From: Promethearchaeota archaeon
GTDB lineage: Archaea; Asgardarchaeota; Lokiarchaeia; Sigyniarchaeales; SOKP01
Length of the DNA stretch: 64,000 nucleotides
Assembly: GCA_019057795.1 (NCBI GenBank)
Contig: JAHLWS010000052.1
Coordinates: 1-64,000, forward strand
Direction of reading: 5' to 3'
The notes under the pieces were generated by a model. It was not told the origin of the DNA. It made no database searches and saw only the letters and a program-made list of their open reading frames with translations. Shown piece by piece: positions 60,966-64,000 of this stretch. Position 1 is the first letter of the stretch. The number at the start of each line of letters is the position of its first letter. The position numbers and the translations under genes were made by a program.

Positions 60966-61492
60966 CTATCTAATATTTCTCTTAAAATTTCATAATATTC
61001 CGCTTCTTTTAATTTTTCTTTTACTAGAGTTTTTAATTTTCTTAAATAATAGTTATCTGAAGTCGTTTTCGTCGTGTTTTTGAGTTTCTTATTTAAAGCT
61101 ATTCTCGTTTTTTCATCTAAAAAATTGACCGGAATAGATTTATAATTATTAATCAAGTTTTTTTTATTAAATTCTCCCGAAGCTTCTTTTTGTTGTTTCA
61201 AACTGGCAGTAAGAATTAGATATAAATTTGCGACCCATGTTTCTATTCTTTCTAAATCTCCTTTTATATAAGATCTATTAATTAACCAATCCTTAAACTC
61301 AATAACACTGTTCAAAAATTCCGTTCTTTTATCTTTTTTATTACTTGCGTTTACATTCTTCTGTACTATTTTACGAATCTTTTGAACTTTTAAATCTTTT
61401 CTTTCTTCTTTAGACAATTTGGCGTATGTGTCCTCTCTTAATTTTTTTTCCTCAGCGGTATCTTTATCGTCCAGCCATTTATCCATTGACAT
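60962..61492 (-). CDS. Hypothetical basic helical protein
   Basis: 176-aa ORF translationally coupled (ATGA overlap) to the next gene. Confidence 0.7.
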   Translation of the reverse strand: MSMDKWLDDKDTAEEKKLREDTYAKLSKEERKDLKVQKIRKIVQKNVNASNKKDKRTEFLNSVIEFKDWLINRSYIKGDLERIETWVANLYLILTASLKQQKEASGEFNKKNLINNYKSIPVNFLDEKTRIALNKKLKNTTKTTSDNYYLRKLKTLVKEKLKEAEYYEILREILDS

Positions 61493-61623
61493 TATTCTAA
61501 TAATAATTAAAGTTTGATTTTAAAAATTACTTATCTATTAAATAATTAATATAAAGAAAAAATTCCGTTTTAAATTCTGAGAGAGATAGTTTAATATTGA
61601 TTTAAGTTATTAATATATATAGA

Positions 61624-62403
61624 ATGAGAGTAAAAGGAGTGATATTTGATTTTGGTTTTACATTGTTTTCCTTTGAGAATCCGTCAATTGAAAAATATTA
61701 CGATTGCTTTAATCGTGGATTATTGAAAACACTTGATATTCTAAAACAAGAGAAAATTATAGAAGAAAAAGAAAAAATTATAGATAATTTTATTAAAATC
61801 TTCAATAGAAAAAGAAATATCTTTTTTAAATCGTCATTAAAAACGAAGGAAGAATTTCCAACTACACTATTATTCAAAAGCGTGTTAACTGCGTTAAAAG
61901 AAAGAGGATATAGTATTAAAGACGAGAATGTTAAAGAAGAGTTTATAGAAAATTTAGCTGAAATTTATCATTCTTGTGAAGAGGAAGAATGGAAACCCTA
62001 TAAAGAAACGAGATATACCTTAGAATCACTATCTAAATCCTCGTACTTAAAAATAGGTCTTATTTCAAATCATCCAAACCATAAAACTATAAAAAACTTG
62101 CTCAAAAATAATGAAATGAAGCATTATTTCGATGCAATCGTTACTTCTGCAAAATTTGGTAAAAGAAAACCCAATCCGGATATTTTTTTTCATACATTAA
62201 AGAAAATGGGATTAAATAAAGACGATGCAAAGGATTGTATGATGGTGGGTGATGAAGCTGCCGACGCTGTTGGCGCTTACAGAGCAGGCATGCAACTCAT
62301 CTTAAAGGAAAGAGAATACGAATTTCCCTTTGAAAGAGAAATTAATTTGCCAAATTTAATAAAAATAAAATCGATTAAAGAAGTATTAAACTACATAGAA
62401 TAG
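61624..62403 (+). CDS. HAD-superfamily hydrolase
   Basis: FDFGFTL, ISN, KPNP, MVGD...D. Confidence 0.85.
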   Translation: MRVKGVIFDFGFTLFSFENPSIEKYYDCFNRGLLKTLDILKQEKIIEEKEKIIDNFIKIFNRKRNIFFKSSLKTKEEFPTTLLFKSVLTALKERGYSIKDENVKEEFIENLAEIYHSCEEEEWKPYKETRYTLESLSKSSYLKIGLISNHPNHKTIKNLLKNNEMKHYFDAIVTSAKFGKRKPNPDIFFHTLKKMGLNKDDAKDCMMVGDEAADAVGAYRAGMQLILKEREYEFPFEREINLPNLIKIKSIKEVLNYIE

Positions 62404-62411
62404 ATATAAAG

Positions 62412-62499
62412 TAGCCCAGAGGGGAATTATTCCTTCTTAAAGAATTTTTGAGAAGATTGAACCCCTGATCACTGGGTTTCTGTCTATAAACATAGTTAA
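62412..62499 (-). pseudogene. tRNA 3' half (anticodon loop to discriminator) retaining two BHB introns; no matching intact 5' half
   Basis: Minus strand: TTA|ACTATGTTTATAGACAGAA|A CCCAG TGATC AGGGG TTCAA|30-nt hairpin|TT CCCCT CTGGGCT A. Confidence 0.7.
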
Positions 62500-62741
62500 G
62501 CATCACTTTAAGTTTTTTACCAGCTTGAGCGTACCCACCCATCATTTCTTCGAATTGAGTATAACCGCCCAGCACATTGGCAAGCACGGCGTACAGAGAT
62601 TGATGGGCCAAACCCTAGTTTCGATTTCACCAAGATTAATTTTGGGGCAATCTCCAAAAATATATATTGTAATTTTAGATATACAATGCAAATAGTTAAA
62701 ATTATCGTGAAATTATTAAAAAAAATTTGCATCTTAATTTT

Positions 62742-63923
62742 TTAACTATCAGTAAAAAAACTACCTCCAAAGCCTTCTTCCCAATCGAAAATGGATCTTA
62801 ATTCGTAATCGAGATCAATGGAATTTGGGAATACTTTGATTCGATTAAATACATCTTCGTTATGAAAAATGTTAATTTTTTTTTTTTTTTTTATTTCAGT
62901 ATATAATCTTAAGGTAAGATTCATTATAACCTCATCAAGGCTATATTTTTTTAAGATTAAATCTAGAAATTCAATTGGTACATATTCAGAAGATTTACTA
63001 TGAAACGCTATACATATAAGAATATTCTTTAAAACTAGGAGATTATCTGCTTGACCAAACCAGATTTTAAATTTATGATAAGAGATCTTGTTTACAAGAT
63101 TTAATCTTAAAATAAATTCAGATATTGCTATTTTTTCCTCATAGGGTCGAGTTAGCAGAATAAGATCAATTTTTTCCAACCAATATTCTATATCATTTGG
63201 AAGTTTGTCTGGTTTTTTTTCATAATATAATCCTAAAAGATGAATTAAATAAGAAATATCATTGGGATATATCTTTCTTGAATAAATTTCTTGGTCTTCA
63301 TCCAAAATCTCCATACTCTGCTCCAAGAGTTTTTTTAAGATTCCAATATGATCATATTTGTAAAGAATTAATCCAATCAATTTAATCGGAAAAAATAATC
63401 TAATAAATTTAATAATTTTATTAATAACTATGTTGGATTTGCCTTTCAATTTAAAAAAGTTCATCTTTGTAAGTCTATAAATAAGATATTTAATCATACG
63501 AACAGAGTAAAGGAATTCTTCATTTTCCAATATTTCTTTTTTTTGTTTAATAATATCTCCTCTTAAATCTTCATTTTTAGAATCATCTAATTGATCCAAT
63601 GAATTATGGACATGATCCCATTTCTCTAATTCTGAATTGAGTTTATTGTACATTTCTTTTGCAAAATCATAACATTTAGATAACCAACTCCAATTGAATT
63701 CTAAAAAATATTTAGGAAATTCGTTGCTGGCAAAATCTAAGATATTTTTATTAATTTTAAATTTAGTATCTTTACTTTTAATAAGATCTTCAATTTCCTC
63801 AATAAATTCAGGATTGTTTAACTTAAAATTAACTAAAATTAAATATTTTAAAAGGGCATCTTCATTAAAAATGATTCCTTGTAATTCTAAAGCTTTAGAA
63901 ATCTTTTCAGCCATATTTTTCAA
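62742..63923 (-). CDS. Hypothetical helical protein, possibly cargo of an integrated element
   Basis: 393-aa ORF, very AT-rich, no recognised motif, adjacent to the tRNA fragment. Confidence 0.6.
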   Translation of the reverse strand: MKNMAEKISKALELQGIIFNEDALLKYLILVNFKLNNPEFIEEIEDLIKSKDTKFKINKNILDFASNEFPKYFLEFNWSWLSKCYDFAKEMYNKLNSELEKWDHVHNSLDQLDDSKNEDLRGDIIKQKKEILENEEFLYSVRMIKYLIYRLTKMNFFKLKGKSNIVINKIIKFIRLFFPIKLIGLILYKYDHIGILKKLLEQSMEILDEDQEIYSRKIYPNDISYLIHLLGLYYEKKPDKLPNDIEYWLEKIDLILLTRPYEEKIAISEFILRLNLVNKISYHKFKIWFGQADNLLVLKNILICIAFHSKSSEYVPIEFLDLILKKYSLDEVIMNLTLRLYTEIKKKKKINIFHNEDVFNRIKVFPNSIDLDYELRSIFDWEEGFGGSFFTDS

Positions 63924-64000
63924 ATTACTTTTATTAATTATTTTTTCCTTTTTTCTTTGAAGATATAAGATTATACTAAGACCATATTTAATGGGTCGAA

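Noticed and set aside
62500-62660. Group I/II intron or complete multi-intron tRNA upstream of the 3' half
   Set aside because: No group I P7 (R/S) elements, no convincing group II domain V, and no D-arm with correct spacing or BHB junctions.
62375-62732. ORFs 62375-62611 and 62517-62732
   Set aside because: They run through the tRNA fragment and hairpin and show no protein motif; likely spurious.
1-64000. CRISPR arrays, rRNA genes, selenoprotein UGA readthrough
   Set aside because: No spaced direct repeats, no rRNA-like tract, and no gene visibly interrupted by an in-frame TGA at a Cys position.

Overview
AT-rich archaeal chromosomal window, most likely from an Asgard archaeon (Lokiarchaeia/Promethearchaeota). 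This is inferred from Ftr, a methanogenesis-marker-9 domain protein, longin/uDENN-like proteins, PCI-like winged helices, a Loki-CTERM-like anchor and BHB-intron tRNAs. Most genes are ordinary metabolism: acyl-CoA ligases, FAD/CCG oxidoreductase pairs, GH4, amidase, ALDH and Hef helicase. Best candidate for an undescribed system: a tight operon at 25093-34213. It encodes two ABC-2 permeases, a free ABC ATPase, a single-chain protein made of an exterior sequon-rich prenyltransferase-beta-like (alpha/alpha toroid) domain + TM + intact ABC ATPase, a UBC/RWD-like domain fused to a degenerate ABC ATPase, and a longin domain fused to about 4 TM helices. A second prenyltransferase-repeat/PCI/coiled-coil/TM giant protein lies nearby (37980-42383). 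Other highlights: a tRNA-His(GUG) with three non-canonical BHB introns; an orphan two-intron tRNA 3' half (att site or split tRNA) at 62412-62499; a multi-TM glycerophosphodiesterase resembling animal GDE2/GDE3; an IPCT-DIPPS-MIPS inositol cluster; and a zinc-ribbon/Cys-rich membrane protein whose N-terminus the ORF track misses. All family calls come from visual motif recognition; no database search was run.
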